Source: Candidatus Latescibacterota bacterium (GTDB lineage: Bacteria; Latescibacterota; UBA2968). Taken from it: a stretch of 64,000 nt of DNA. Positions 19,416-29,456 of this stretch are shown here, in pieces. The notes below the pieces were generated by a model. That model ran no database searches and was not told where the DNA came from. It worked only from the letters and a program-made list of their open reading frames with translations. The translations under genes and the position numbers were made by a program. Positions within the stretch are counted from its first letter, which is position 1. Each line of letters begins with the position of its first letter. The stretch spans positions 1,088,001 to 1,152,000 of the forward strand of contig OZ242320.1 in NCBI GenBank assembly GCA_965208125.1. Reading direction: 5' to 3'.

Positions 19416-19828
19416 CAGACACCTTTTTGATTTTCTACATATCGTTTTAGAACCTCAAGCGTTACTTCGCCAGCAGTTGCTACAAACTTGCTACGAGTCC
19501 ACAAAGACGGCAACCTGCTTTTTAACGCTGGATATTCAGACCGCAAAACATGAGCGGTATAACCTTTAATCCTGCCCACAACACGGCTTACCGCCTCTGA
19601 TGGTGGAATAGACAAAAGTACATGGACATGATCAGATAACACTTCACACGCTTGCACTTCGTAGCCATACTCATCTTGTTTTTCAAACACCAATTCTTTT
19701 ATTCGTTTTTGCATATCTTCATCTAATACTTGGCGACGAAATTTAGTACACCAAATAATGTGATAATGACAACTGAACACCGCACTATGCGAAGTGTGAT
19801 ACTTCATATTAGGACTTTTTAGCTCCAT
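19415..19828 (-). CDS. tnpA: Y1 HUH transposase TnpA (start may be 19807)
   Basis: YHIIWCTKFR, DHVH (HUH), LWTRSKF and RYVENQ (catalytic Tyr); stop overlaps the tnpB start. Confidence 0.95.
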   Translation of the reverse strand: MELKSPNMKYHTSHSAVFSCHYHIIWCTKFRRQVLDEDMQKRIKELVFEKQDEYGYEVQACEVLSDHVHVLLSIPPSEAVSRVVGRIKGYTAHVLRSEYPALKSRLPSLWTRSKFVATAGEVTLEVLKRYVENQKGV

Positions 19829-19837
19829 AACTAACTC

Positions 19838-19888
19838 TTTTGTTAGAATATATAATTAAAATCTAACAAATATATAGTGTGGTGCCAA
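19838..19888 (-). promoter_or_regulatory. Putative tnpA/tnpB promoter with overlapping inverted repeat
   Basis: Minus strand TTGGCA-17 bp-TAGATT; inverted repeat TTTGTTAGA...TCTAACAAA covers the -10 and start region. Confidence 0.5.
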
Positions 19889-20065
19889 GTAGAAAGTTCA
19901 GGATGCTAAAGCAAACCCAAAATCAAAGCCCTTGGTAACCCAAACCTAAAGGATTGGGCTTGACGGGCTTTAGTGGTCAAGGAGGCTGGATTGGTTTTTG
20001 TTCGACAAGGCCATCCGAGTTCCCTATATTTTGATGTTGTTGTCGAATTCCGAGGAACTGGCAAT

Positions 20066-22387
20066 ATGGACACCATAAACAGAAACGAACATCAAGAACG
20101 AGCAACGTCGCAAGTGCTGGAATCTGAAAAAGGCGGTTCTGGGTCCACTCTGAAAATAGGATTGCTGTTAATTATCTCATTTGCAATTGCAATGCCGGGC
20201 GAAGCATCACTTTCCCCCGGTGATGATGACCTCGACGCCCTGCTCGATGGTGTCGCCGAGATCGCGGCCCCTGGTGTGCCGAGTTCCTTCTTCGTCTATG
20301 GCCCTGAGAGCTTTCCGGTGATCGTAGGTGCCCCGCGCAATGCCGCGGATGCCGTGCGCGCCCCGGTCGTCTCGGCAGGCCGTTGGCAGGCAGGCCGCGT
20401 CGTCGCTCTGGGGCACAAAGGCTACTTTAATAGCTCTACACTTGAGAAGGCGGACACCGCACGCCTGATGGCGAACGCGTTCGCCTGGGTCTCGGGGGGC
20501 GGAGCTTCAGCCAGCCCCCGCATTGGCGTCGTCGGTAACGCACAGCTACGCGCCTGGCTGACCAGGACCGGTCACGATGTGGTCGAAGTTGCCCTGACAT
20601 CGGAATCGCTGGGAGCGGTGGATGTCGTGGCCGTGGACATGGGGAATCAGAGCGCGCCAGAACTCGAAGCACTGTCGGCGTTCGTGCGCGCCGGAGGCGG
20701 TCTGGTGACGGCTGCCAACGGTTGGGGCTGGGCGAGTCTGCACCCAAAACTGGATATCATCAATGACTTCGCTGGCAACCGCCTGCTCGCGCCCATCGGC
20801 ATCCAGTGGTTAAACAGCTCCCTCAAACGCACATCGCCAGCGGGCTATGCCGTTGCCGGACCGCCGTCTGAACTGACCCACGCTGTCAAGGCATTCAATG
20901 CGGTCGAGGCGCACATCGCAGGCAGGCGTAAGCTGACCCAGCCGGAGGTTGACCAAACTCTATACACCCTGGCAAGAACCATCCGCGCTCTGCCTCCGAA
21001 CGACGTGCTGTTCGCGCCGGACCTGCAGGGGTTTTTTTCGAACTACGAAGGGACCCGCTGGCCCTCGGCGAAGCACCCGGTGGACGAATCTGATGTAGTC
21101 GCCCGCCTGGTCGCTACGCTCTTCGTGTCTGAGCATCACCGCACCCCACCCCAATCCGTGCGTGCTCATCCTGCGGCCACAGATTTTCCCGGTTCCGTCC
21201 CAACCGACGCCCCACGCCTGACACGTAGCCTTATCATCGACACCACCGTGCCTCGCTGGCACTCAACCGGCCTCTACGCCGCGCCGGGCGATCTGGTCAC
21301 GGTAACGGTACCGACCCGCGTCGCCAACAGCGGCTTCTTCGTGCGCATTGGCGCCCACAGCGACCAAATTTGGAGACGGCCAACATGGAAGCGCATGCCC
21401 CAAATCAGCTACCGTTTCCCCATCTCCGCTTCCAGGACCCGCGTCGCCAATGCCTTCGGGGGCCTGATCTACATCGAAGTTCCAAAAAAGAACCCCGGTT
21501 TCGGGCGCATCACCGTCGAGATCGAGGGCGCAGTGGCGGCACCGCTCTTCGTGCTTGGTGAGACAGACCCGGCCATCTGGCGTGCGGAGATCCGCCATGC
21601 ACCGGCTCCCTGGGCAGAGATCGCCGGGCGGAACATGATCGTCACCACCCGCTCTTCCGAGGTGCGCGGACTCGACGACCCGACCGCCGTGGCTGAGACC
21701 TGGGATCGCGTGCTGGACCTGGCCGCAGATCTGGCCGCCTGGCCGCCCAATGCACGCTCGAGCCCGGAGCGATTTGTCGTGGACCGCCAGATTTCGGCGG
21801 GTTCCATGCATTCCGGCTATCCCCTGATGGCCCACCTGAACCATCAGTCCAACCTGGTGGATGCCGAACACATTCGCTCGGAGGGCAACTGGGGCTTCTT
21901 CCACGAGGTGGGCCACAACCACCAGCACAAAGACTGGACATTCGCCGGCACGACCGAGGTGACCGTCAACCTGTTCACGCTCTACATCTATGAGTTTCTA
22001 TGCGAGATCCCGATGGTTGACGGAGAGTTTCCCGGTAGAAGAAAAAGACCATGGGCCGCTCTAATGGCATCCTACAACTTTGATAATCCGACCTTCGAAC
22101 GCTGGAAGGAAAAAGCATTCCTTGCCCTGATCATGTACGCGCAGATGCAGCAGGCGTTTGGCTGGGACGCCTATCGGAAGGTGTTCGCCACATACCGCGT
22201 CCTGCCCAACGACGAGCGCCCGAAGAGCGACGACGAGAAGCGCGACCAGTGGCTGGTGCGCTTCTCGCGCACGGTGGGTCGCAACCTCGGCCCGTTCTTC
22301 GAGGCCTGGGGAATACCGACGTCGAAGGCCGCACGGGACTCGATCGCCGACCTGCCAGTGTGGATGCCTCCCAACTTCCCGCCCTAG
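20066..22387 (+). CDS. M60-like (enhancin/TCAF-like) zinc metallopeptidase
   Basis: WHSTGLYAAPG, NAFGGLIYI, APWAE and WGFFHEVGHNHQ..TEVTVN (HExxH..E). Start uncertain; the listed 19973 start overlaps the IS end. Confidence 0.88.
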   Translation: MDTINRNEHQERATSQVLESEKGGSGSTLKIGLLLIISFAIAMPGEASLSPGDDDLDALLDGVAEIAAPGVPSSFFVYGPESFPVIVGAPRNAADAVRAPVVSAGRWQAGRVVALGHKGYFNSSTLEKADTARLMANAFAWVSGGGASASPRIGVVGNAQLRAWLTRTGHDVVEVALTSESLGAVDVVAVDMGNQSAPELEALSAFVRAGGGLVTAANGWGWASLHPKLDIINDFAGNRLLAPIGIQWLNSSLKRTSPAGYAVAGPPSELTHAVKAFNAVEAHIAGRRKLTQPEVDQTLYTLARTIRALPPNDVLFAPDLQGFFSNYEGTRWPSAKHPVDESDVVARLVATLFVSEHHRTPPQSVRAHPAATDFPGSVPTDAPRLTRSLIIDTTVPRWHSTGLYAAPGDLVTVTVPTRVANSGFFVRIGAHSDQIWRRPTWKRMPQISYRFPISASRTRVANAFGGLIYIEVPKKNPGFGRITVEIEGAVAAPLFVLGETDPAIWRAEIRHAPAPWAEIAGRNMIVTTRSSEVRGLDDPTAVAETWDRVLDLAADLAAWPPNARSSPERFVVDRQISAGSMHSGYPLMAHLNHQSNLVDAEHIRSEGNWGFFHEVGHNHQHKDWTFAGTTEVTVNLFTLYIYEFLCEIPMVDGEFPGRRKRPWAALMASYNFDNPTFERWKEKAFLALIMYAQMQQAFGWDAYRKVFATYRVLPNDERPKSDDEKRDQWLVRFSRTVGRNLGPFFEAWGIPTSKAARDSIADLPVWMPPNFPP

Positions 22388-22497
22388 CTTCGGTTTTCAA
22401 TCTATCCCTGGAACAGGCGGCAGCGGAATAAGCGGTGAAAAAGCAACGCGAGAAGTCGTATTCTTTTACGGCGGATCGGGATGACAAAGGAGACTCC

Positions 22498-23325
22498 ATG
22501 CCCATAACCGACGCCCTTCCCGACATGAAACGGGAACTCAAATTTTACCCAGCAAAAAATAACGCGCCCAAAAAACTGACGCGCGAGCAAATCCAGCAAT
22601 TCAACGAAAAGGGATACATCTTCCCGCTCAATGTCTTCAGCAAAAAAGAAGCCGAAGCCAATCGCGCGTACTTCGACAAACTCATGGGCAAAGCACAGGC
22701 AGCGGGCAAAAACAACTACTCAATCAACGGATGGCACCGCAGTTGCAAAGGCATCTACGACCTGCTCGTCGATAACCGCATCCTCGACTACGTCGAAGAC
22801 CTGCTCGGACCCAACCTCGTCTCACGCATGACCCACTACTTCAGCAAAATGCCCGGAGACGGCAAAAAAGTCGCCTTTCACCAGGACGCATCCTACTGGC
22901 CCCTCACACCCTCCAAAACCGTAACCGTCTGGCTCGCCATTGACGATGTTGACCTGGCAAACGCCCCCATGGAAGTCATACCCGGCTCGCACCTCCACGG
23001 ACAAATACCCTTTGAACGCAGCACACCAGAAGAAAATAACGTCCTCGGACAATCTGTTCACCACGCCGAAAAATTTGGCGCCCCCGTACCTCTGATCATG
23101 AAAGCCGGGCAAATCTCCATCCACTCCGACTTATTGCTACACGGCTCCAGACCCAACACCTCAAAACGGCGTCGCTGCGGCCTGACCCTGCGCTACATGC
23201 CCCCCGAAGTCCGCACCCGAGAAACCGACCATTCACCCGCGGTCTTATGCCGCGGCACGGATCCTTCGGGATACTGGCAACACGTCTCCCGTCCCGACGG
23301 CGATGATATCCCAAAAAGAAAGTAA
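22498..23325 (+). CDS. Phytanoyl-CoA dioxygenase-family (PhyH) Fe/2OG enzyme
   Basis: RBS AAGGAG; FHQDASYW, VWLAIDD, LLHGSRPN and RRCG motifs. Confidence 0.88.
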   Translation: MPITDALPDMKRELKFYPAKNNAPKKLTREQIQQFNEKGYIFPLNVFSKKEAEANRAYFDKLMGKAQAAGKNNYSINGWHRSCKGIYDLLVDNRILDYVEDLLGPNLVSRMTHYFSKMPGDGKKVAFHQDASYWPLTPSKTVTVWLAIDDVDLANAPMEVIPGSHLHGQIPFERSTPEENNVLGQSVHHAEKFGAPVPLIMKAGQISIHSDLLLHGSRPNTSKRRRCGLTLRYMPPEVRTRETDHSPAVLCRGTDPSGYWQHVSRPDGDDIPKRK

Positions 23326-23341
23326 AACACCTTTATTCCCC

Positions 23342-24724
23342 TCATATCACAGTCTGTTTCCATCTACCCTTTAGATAGGATGCCCAGACCAGAACGCCCT
23401 GAATGATGCCGCCAATCAGCCAGGCAATCCAGATGCCGAGGGTATCCATCCCAAACAAAAAAGCCAGAATATAGGACAGCGGCAGCATAACCACCCATTG
23501 CGCCAAAATCGTGTAATAGAGCGGAGGCTTAGTCTCACCGCCACCTGCCAGGACGCCTGCGGACACGATGGACAAAGCGGAGAAAACCTGTGCAATCGTA
23601 AAAAACCAGAGCATAATATAGCCCATATCAATGACAGCCACCGAATCGGTGAACAAATCGACGATTTCCCGGGCGAAGACACAAATGATAATGGCGCAAA
23701 CAACGACAAACACCATGCAGAGCCGGATCGCACTTGCCCCAAAGCGTTCCGCTTGCGGTATTTGCTTTGCGCCCAATCGCTGGCCGACCAGAGCAGTTGC
23801 CGCTACGCCAAAAGCCAGTGCCGGCATAATGCCGATCATCCGCATCTGCAGCCCGATCGTCAGCGCGGCAACAGCAGTCGTGGGATGCGAGGTCCAACTC
23901 GCCACCCGATAAAACAGGATGCGAGCGCCATTGCGGAAAAATCCCTGAATTCCCGCCGGCACCCCGATTCGCATCATCCGCCCGATAATATCCCGGTTAA
24001 GAGACAGACCCCAGGTCCAGTGCATATGCACACGCGAGTGTCCGGAAGTAAGCAGATAGAAACCCACAACACAACCGACAGCCCGCGAAACGAGCGTACC
24101 AACTGCAGCACCACAAACCCCCATCTGCGGTAGCCCCCAGGCGCCAAAGATCAAGCCATAGGTAAGAGGAAGCTTCAAAATTATAATAAGACACGAAATC
24201 TTCAACGGCGTTCGGGTATCGCCAGCGCCACCAAAAATCGCACTGATGAGATAATTGAGCATCATAAAAATGACGCCGGCAAAATAGATGCGCAGGAAAG
24301 GCACGGCATGGCCGAGCACCTCGGGCTGTGCACCCAACAAAATCAACGTCGGACGGGCGATCAAGCCCCCGATCAAGGCCATCACAACGGCCAGCAGTGC
24401 CCCCATCAGAATCGCCTGTTGCGCCGTATGGCTGAGGTCCTCGTGGCGCTCAGCCCCGTAAAATTGGGCGACCAGAGTACGCGACCCGGTGCTGATCGCC
24501 ATCGCCATCACCATCGTCAGAAACAGAATTTGCCGACTGAGTCCCACCGCTGAAATCGCAGCCGGACCCAGTTGCCCGACCATGGAGATATCGATGAGAC
24601 CCTCCATTGCATCGAGCATCGAAGCAGCCACTACGGGCCAGGCAATAGCCCAGACCTGAGGCAGAACAGGCGTCTGATCTATGGGAGTTGCAGGCGTGCG
24701 GGAAGCCGATCCGGATTGGGACAT
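23342..24724 (-). CDS. MATE-family efflux transporter
   Basis: DISMVGQLG, GAGDTRTPL, MGVCGAAVGT and VGQRLGA motifs; about 12 TM segments. Confidence 0.9.
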   Translation of the reverse strand: MSQSGSASRTPATPIDQTPVLPQVWAIAWPVVAASMLDAMEGLIDISMVGQLGPAAISAVGLSRQILFLTMVMAMAISTGSRTLVAQFYGAERHEDLSHTAQQAILMGALLAVVMALIGGLIARPTLILLGAQPEVLGHAVPFLRIYFAGVIFMMLNYLISAIFGGAGDTRTPLKISCLIIILKLPLTYGLIFGAWGLPQMGVCGAAVGTLVSRAVGCVVGFYLLTSGHSRVHMHWTWGLSLNRDIIGRMMRIGVPAGIQGFFRNGARILFYRVASWTSHPTTAVAALTIGLQMRMIGIMPALAFGVAATALVGQRLGAKQIPQAERFGASAIRLCMVFVVVCAIIICVFAREIVDLFTDSVAVIDMGYIMLWFFTIAQVFSALSIVSAGVLAGGGETKPPLYYTILAQWVVMLPLSYILAFLFGMDTLGIWIAWLIGGIIQGVLVWASYLKGRWKQTVI

Positions 24725-24732
24725 AGATGTGC

Positions 24733-26451
24733 TCAGTCGGCAGTCAGGTGGGAAATAGTGGGGAGCACGAGCCGCGAAGGATAGTCTGCCGAGTGATGTA
24801 CGGCATTCGTCGCCCTCACCAGCTCGGTATCTGCCAGATCGTTCCTTCCCGTATTGTGATTGCGGTCGTGGTTGGGGAAATCGCTGGATGTGATCTCCAG
24901 GCGGATGCGATGGCCCGGTTCAAAACGGCAGGCCGTTGGACCGAGTTGGATGCGCAACGCCACCACCTCTCCCAATCCCAACAGTTCTTCACTCTCGAGA
25001 CCATTGCGATGACGCGCGCGCACCATGCCGTAGCACATCTCCAGCGCGGGAGCCTGGTCCCCATCTGCAGGCGGGTACTCATCAATTAGGCGCGCAAAAA
25101 AATCCGTATCTGGCGCTGACGAACTGACAAAAAGGACAGCTTCTGGATAGCCGGCAATCTCCACGGCTTCAGCCAGGGGCGCGGAGCGGTAGCAGAGGAT
25201 ATCATCGCGATCCTCCAACACGCGCCGGTCCGACGGACCTGTAAACAACTGCTTCGTCCACAAGGTTGGCACCGGGTCGTGAGGATCATAGTCAAAGCGA
25301 TCAACACCGTCATTTCCACCGTCGGCAGAGAGCCGCCCGGAGCCGTCAAATCCGGCATTGCCGTCGCTGCTCAACAAATACGCGCGCGGTGTCGTATTCG
25401 GCGGCGGCCAGGTATCGGCCTCGCGCCAATATCCCCCCTTACCCGCCATCGCGAAATAGCGCACTGCTGGCTCGCGATCAATGCCATTGTCAATTTCCTT
25501 GAGCCAATAGTCGAACCAGCGGATGATCATGCCCGGCAAATCGACCTCGGCCTGCGGACCAAAGTCGAACCCCGCCACCTGCTGGCGACCGAGACTCGGA
25601 TGATTCCACGGACCCGCGACTAACTTTGTCTGCGACCGCGCACACTCGGTGCGGCCATTGTGCTGCATCAGTTGCAGATGCCGCATCGAGCCATTGCAGT
25701 GGTCGTACCAGCCGCTGAAATCGAGATTTGGCACCGCGACTTCCCCGTGTACTTCGTCGAACCGCCATGCCCGCCGGTTTGGATGCGCCAGCCAGTCTCT
25801 CGCGTACTCCGCCAGCCCCGGCGGCAAGTGGCGAGGGAAATCGAGCCACGGAAGGTAGTCAAGCCATTGTTTTTCGACATCCTCGTTCCATTCCTGCAGC
25901 GCCTCCGCTGGCGTATGCGGCGGCGGCAATCCCTGGCGTCGCCGAAGATCCGGAGCCATAGAAGTGAGCCACCACTTGATGCGCCGTCCCGGCCGGAACC
26001 CGCCCGGCCAATCCACCTCTGTCAATTCCAGTGGAATCGTGTACGCGCACATCGCCACCAGATGCGGCGGGCGCAATTTGGCCAACTGCCACTGCATCCA
26101 GGCATTATAAGAAGCTCCCAGAGTACCGATCCTACCATTGCACCACGGCTGCGCCGCCAGCCACTCCACAGAGTCGTAACCATCTTCGGCATCCCCCGTA
26201 TGCGCCTCGGTAAACGGCACCCAGTTACCCTCAGAGCCGTAGCGCCCGCGCGAATCCATACTCACCACGGCGTAACCCGCGCGCACATAGCGCTCAAAAC
26301 CGGACTTCGGACGGCCGTATGGCGTACGCAGCAAAATTCCAGGGAAGCGCCCCTCCACATCGGGACGAAACACATGCGCCGCCATCCGCACCCCATCGCG
26401 CATCGACACCCGCACATCGGGTTCAGTAAGAATCTCCATAGCATTATTCAT
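24733..26451 (-). CDS. CocE/NonD-family hydrolase
   Basis: MRDGVRM, RTPYG, DSRGRYGSEG, GASYNA nucleophile, GWYD, GPWNH. Confidence 0.9.
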   Translation of the reverse strand: MNNAMEILTEPDVRVSMRDGVRMAAHVFRPDVEGRFPGILLRTPYGRPKSGFERYVRAGYAVVSMDSRGRYGSEGNWVPFTEAHTGDAEDGYDSVEWLAAQPWCNGRIGTLGASYNAWMQWQLAKLRPPHLVAMCAYTIPLELTEVDWPGGFRPGRRIKWWLTSMAPDLRRRQGLPPPHTPAEALQEWNEDVEKQWLDYLPWLDFPRHLPPGLAEYARDWLAHPNRRAWRFDEVHGEVAVPNLDFSGWYDHCNGSMRHLQLMQHNGRTECARSQTKLVAGPWNHPSLGRQQVAGFDFGPQAEVDLPGMIIRWFDYWLKEIDNGIDREPAVRYFAMAGKGGYWREADTWPPPNTTPRAYLLSSDGNAGFDGSGRLSADGGNDGVDRFDYDPHDPVPTLWTKQLFTGPSDRRVLEDRDDILCYRSAPLAEAVEIAGYPEAVLFVSSSAPDTDFFARLIDEYPPADGDQAPALEMCYGMVRARHRNGLESEELLGLGEVVALRIQLGPTACRFEPGHRIRLEITSSDFPNHDRNHNTGRNDLADTELVRATNAVHHSADYPSRLVLPTISHLTAD

Positions 26452-27335
26452 CGCACAGGCTCCGTATCAATAGTACCCATCGGCACCTCCAGCAGATCCT
26501 CTCCGAGGATCACCTGACCGTCGAAAACCTCCCCCACCTCGTGCAGCACCCGTTCCCGCACGCCGGGCGTTTCCAACTGCTCCGTCAAATGAACGAGAAC
26601 CAGCGTCTCGACGCCGGCATCCCGCGCCGTAGTCGCCGCATCGAGATGGCCAGAGCAGCAACTCGTCAGGCGTTCGTCATCGACCGCGCCATTGATGAAG
26701 TGACACATATGCAGCAGCACATTCGCACTCCTTGCCAGATCCGTAAGCCGATCCACTGGCGCTGTATCGCCGCCAAATACGATGGCACCATCAGGTGTAG
26801 TCAAACGATATGCCAGACAGGTAAGTTGGGGCTGCACGTGTACCACCTCTGCCACATCGACCTGCCAGTTACCGGTCTCGATCCTATCTCCAGATCCGAC
26901 CTCGCGCACCTGTGGATTAGGCCTCTCCCGCGGCATAGTACCGCCGCGCGCCTCATACACGAAATGGCTACCCGGATGCAAGGTGCGGGCAGCCAGATCC
27001 GGGCCAAAGGCGCCATCGGCAGAAAACAACCGGTGCGCCATATGTGCTGTTGGCGCCGGGCCGTACACCTGCAATTCAGGTATCTGGCCCACGCTCTGAT
27101 CCCAGCGCGTCAGCACCAGATAGGCAAAATCGATACAGTGGTCGTAGTGCAGATGGGTGAGGAACAAATGATCAATCGAAGGCAGTGCAAGACCCGCTTC
27201 GAGCATGCGCCGCACCGACGCCGGACCGCAATCGAAAATCAGGGTCTCGTCACCTGTCTGGACGAGATAGCTGGAGCCGCCGCGGTGCGCGAGCGGGGCA
27301 GGAGTGCCGGTACAGAGGAGTTGGAGTCGCGTCAT
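26448..27335 (-). CDS. MBL-fold metallohydrolase (RNase Z/AtsA-like)
   Basis: TGTP, DCG, THLHYDH, GDT and LVH motifs. Confidence 0.85.
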   Translation of the reverse strand: MTRLQLLCTGTPAPLAHRGGSSYLVQTGDETLIFDCGPASVRRMLEAGLALPSIDHLFLTHLHYDHCIDFAYLVLTRWDQSVGQIPELQVYGPAPTAHMAHRLFSADGAFGPDLAARTLHPGSHFVYEARGGTMPRERPNPQVREVGSGDRIETGNWQVDVAEVVHVQPQLTCLAYRLTTPDGAIVFGGDTAPVDRLTDLARSANVLLHMCHFINGAVDDERLTSCCSGHLDAATTARDAGVETLVLVHLTEQLETPGVRERVLHEVGEVFDGQVILGEDLLEVPMGTIDTEPVR

Positions 27336-27410
27336 CACTTTTATCCTGTCTTGTAGTTTATACGCGCAGACAATATCCGACAAACCTCACCAAAGCGCAA
27401 TGCCAACTCT

Positions 27411-28439
27411 TCATCCTCTGAGCAACCTTCCCAGAACCCTCTGAGCCACGGTCATATTGAACTGATGCCCCCCGTCGAACCGATCCACAAACAGATCCTC
27501 TATAGCGCCTGCAGCCCGGTACGCCTTCCGAATTCGCGCCAGACCGCGCGCTGCCCAATCGTGGGGAATAAGCCGATCCTGTGTCCCAATCTCAATAACC
27601 ATAGGCCGGGGCGCAATCAGTGAAAAAATCTCCGGCGTATCGCCATAGCGGAGCAGACCGGGAATCAACTGCGCGCCGCACTGACTCAGAGCCTGATAGC
27701 GCTCCTGATACAAATTCATACACCCGGACGGAACCGCGATCTTAATCCGGGAATCAAAAGCCGAAATCATCATCGTCATCCGCCCCCCCAGCGACAGCCC
27801 CGCGCACCCCAACCGATCTCCATCGACAAAATCGAGCCCCTGTAAAACATCCAGAGCAGCCTCCAGATCGCAGAGATGGAGCGCCACCACAGTAGTACCC
27901 AGCAAAGTAGCGCACATATAATTCCGGGGACAAAAATCAGTCCGGGGACCTGGATAGCCGGGCCTGCGCTCCCCAAACCCCCGAAGATCCGGAGCGAGAA
28001 CCACATAGCCCCGTTCTGCAAACCCGTGCCCGAAATCGTAACTACATTTATCGATCTCAGCCTGCCGCTCGGGCGTATCATTAAGCCCCACCACACTATC
28101 CTTCCCAAAATGCCCGTGCCCGTGGATACACAGAAGCCCCGGCGCTTTATCTCCCTGCGCCAGACCCTTTGGCACCAGAAGATAAGCCGGCACAAAAACC
28201 CCCGACTCTGTCTGATAGGAAATCCGCCTGCGCACGTACAGACCGCAATCGATCTCCTCCTCAAACTCAAGACAAAGCGCAGCCCGTTCGGGCCGCGGGC
28301 CGATCATCCCGGTCAGCACATCTCGAAACTCCTCCTGCCAGGCGCAAAAATCCTCCGGCGTATTCCCCTCAAACAAGAGAGACGGCTGCGCCTGATCGAT
28401 CAAACGAGAAAGATCGTCTTCAAAGGATATAGGTCGCAT
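27411..28439 (-). CDS. Alpha/beta hydrolase (dienelactone hydrolase/acetylxylan esterase-like)
   Basis: RBS AGGAG; CIHGHG, GFGER, GLSLGG nucleophile, SLIAPRP, GGH. Confidence 0.85.
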   Translation of the reverse strand: MRPISFEDDLSRLIDQAQPSLLFEGNTPEDFCAWQEEFRDVLTGMIGPRPERAALCLEFEEEIDCGLYVRRRISYQTESGVFVPAYLLVPKGLAQGDKAPGLLCIHGHGHFGKDSVVGLNDTPERQAEIDKCSYDFGHGFAERGYVVLAPDLRGFGERRPGYPGPRTDFCPRNYMCATLLGTTVVALHLCDLEAALDVLQGLDFVDGDRLGCAGLSLGGRMTMMISAFDSRIKIAVPSGCMNLYQERYQALSQCGAQLIPGLLRYGDTPEIFSLIAPRPMVIEIGTQDRLIPHDWAARGLARIRKAYRAAGAIEDLFVDRFDGGHQFNMTVAQRVLGRLLRG

Positions 28440-28548
28440 AGAATGCTCCTTAACACATAGGATAAAATCGCCGCAGGGGGGAGGTCCAATGGAAGAATCC
28501 AGGGACAAGATAGTGTGTCATATCTGCAAAAACAAGAGAGGATTTCCG

Positions 28549-28577
28549 TTGACATCCTATTGTCACACCCCTACTTT
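28549..28577 (+). promoter_or_regulatory. Sigma70 promoter with palindromic operator over the -35 box
   Basis: TTGACA-17 bp-TACTTT; TGACA-N6-TGTCA palindrome at 28550-28565 in a divergent intergenic region. Confidence 0.6.
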
Positions 28578-28617
28578 GCGGACACGCTAACATTTGGAAA
28601 TTTAAAAGGAAAAAACA

Positions 28618-29436
28618 GTGATCCTGGGACTGGCATCGCCAACCTACAGCGGCACTCTCCCCGAGCAGGCGCCGCTATTGTGGTTGCTGGACCGCTGCGC
28701 GGAATACGACCTGAAGGCCATGGAGGCGCCGCTGCCCCTGTCGGGCACAGACCATCCGAAGGAAGTCAAAGAGAAAGCGGCCGATCTGGGAGTGACGTGG
28801 GTGGGCTACTGGAGCGAAGATTTCGTAACACCGGACGGGGGTGGAATCCGGTTGCGAGAGCGGGCGGAGCGGGCGTTTGACCAGGCCAGTATCGGCGGGG
28901 TGAAAACGATCGTGATCTTCGGGAGAGGGAGCCTTCACAACCGGTTTACGCGACAGCCCCCGCTGGCCGACCAGTTAAGCCTGGCGGCCGATCACCTGAG
29001 ACCAGTGGCAGAAGCGGCGTCGGAAAGAGACATCCAACTCGCCTTGCTGCCCCACCTGGACTATCGGAGCCACGAAATGGTATCGGTAATAGAGAAGGTG
29101 TGCCACCCGAACCTGATGATGGCGTTCGATACCGCCAATCCCTTTCCGGTCTGCGAAGAACCAGTAGCTGCCGCGAAGGTGGTGTTGTCCCACGCGGTGG
29201 CGGTGGCATTCAAAGACGTACAGATCTATCCCCATCGCTCGAACGACGTGACAATCTGGGGAACACCGATCGGGCGAGGCTCGGTCGATTTTGAGACACT
29301 TCTGCCGATGCTATCCGAACGGCTTCCCGATCCGGAAAAGACCACTGCCTGCATCAAACTTCGGCTGCCGCCCGGCAGCGCCGAACACACCGACTGGATG
29401 GACCAGAGCCTGACCTTTCTGCGGTCGCACCTCTAA
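28618..29436 (+). CDS. Sugar phosphate isomerase/epimerase-like TIM barrel (AP endonuclease 2 family), divergent
   Basis: AFDTAN, FKD and PIGRGSVDF motifs. Confidence 0.7.
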   Translation: MILGLASPTYSGTLPEQAPLLWLLDRCAEYDLKAMEAPLPLSGTDHPKEVKEKAADLGVTWVGYWSEDFVTPDGGGIRLRERAERAFDQASIGGVKTIVIFGRGSLHNRFTRQPPLADQLSLAADHLRPVAEAASERDIQLALLPHLDYRSHEMVSVIEKVCHPNLMMAFDTANPFPVCEEPVAAAKVVLSHAVAVAFKDVQIYPHRSNDVTIWGTPIGRGSVDFETLLPMLSERLPDPEKTTACIKLRLPPGSAEHTDWMDQSLTFLRSHL

Positions 29437-29456
29437 CCGCCTGGGCAGTGAACCCC

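Larger units (their letters stand above)
18194..19975 (-). mobile_element. IS200/IS605-family element (IS605 group, tnpA+tnpB), about 1.78 kb
   Basis: Minus-strand right end GAAT-CCCAA-tgcttcggct-TTGGG-agtatg-TCAA ends at 18194. Left end CAAG-CCCAA-tcctttaggt-TTGGG follows target TTGAC (19980-19976). Confidence 0.88.

Noticed and set aside
22385-22497. In-frame LASVFNLSLEQAAAE*AVKKQREKSY, possibly a MazG-like C-terminal remnant
   Set aside because: Too short and too weak to support without a search.
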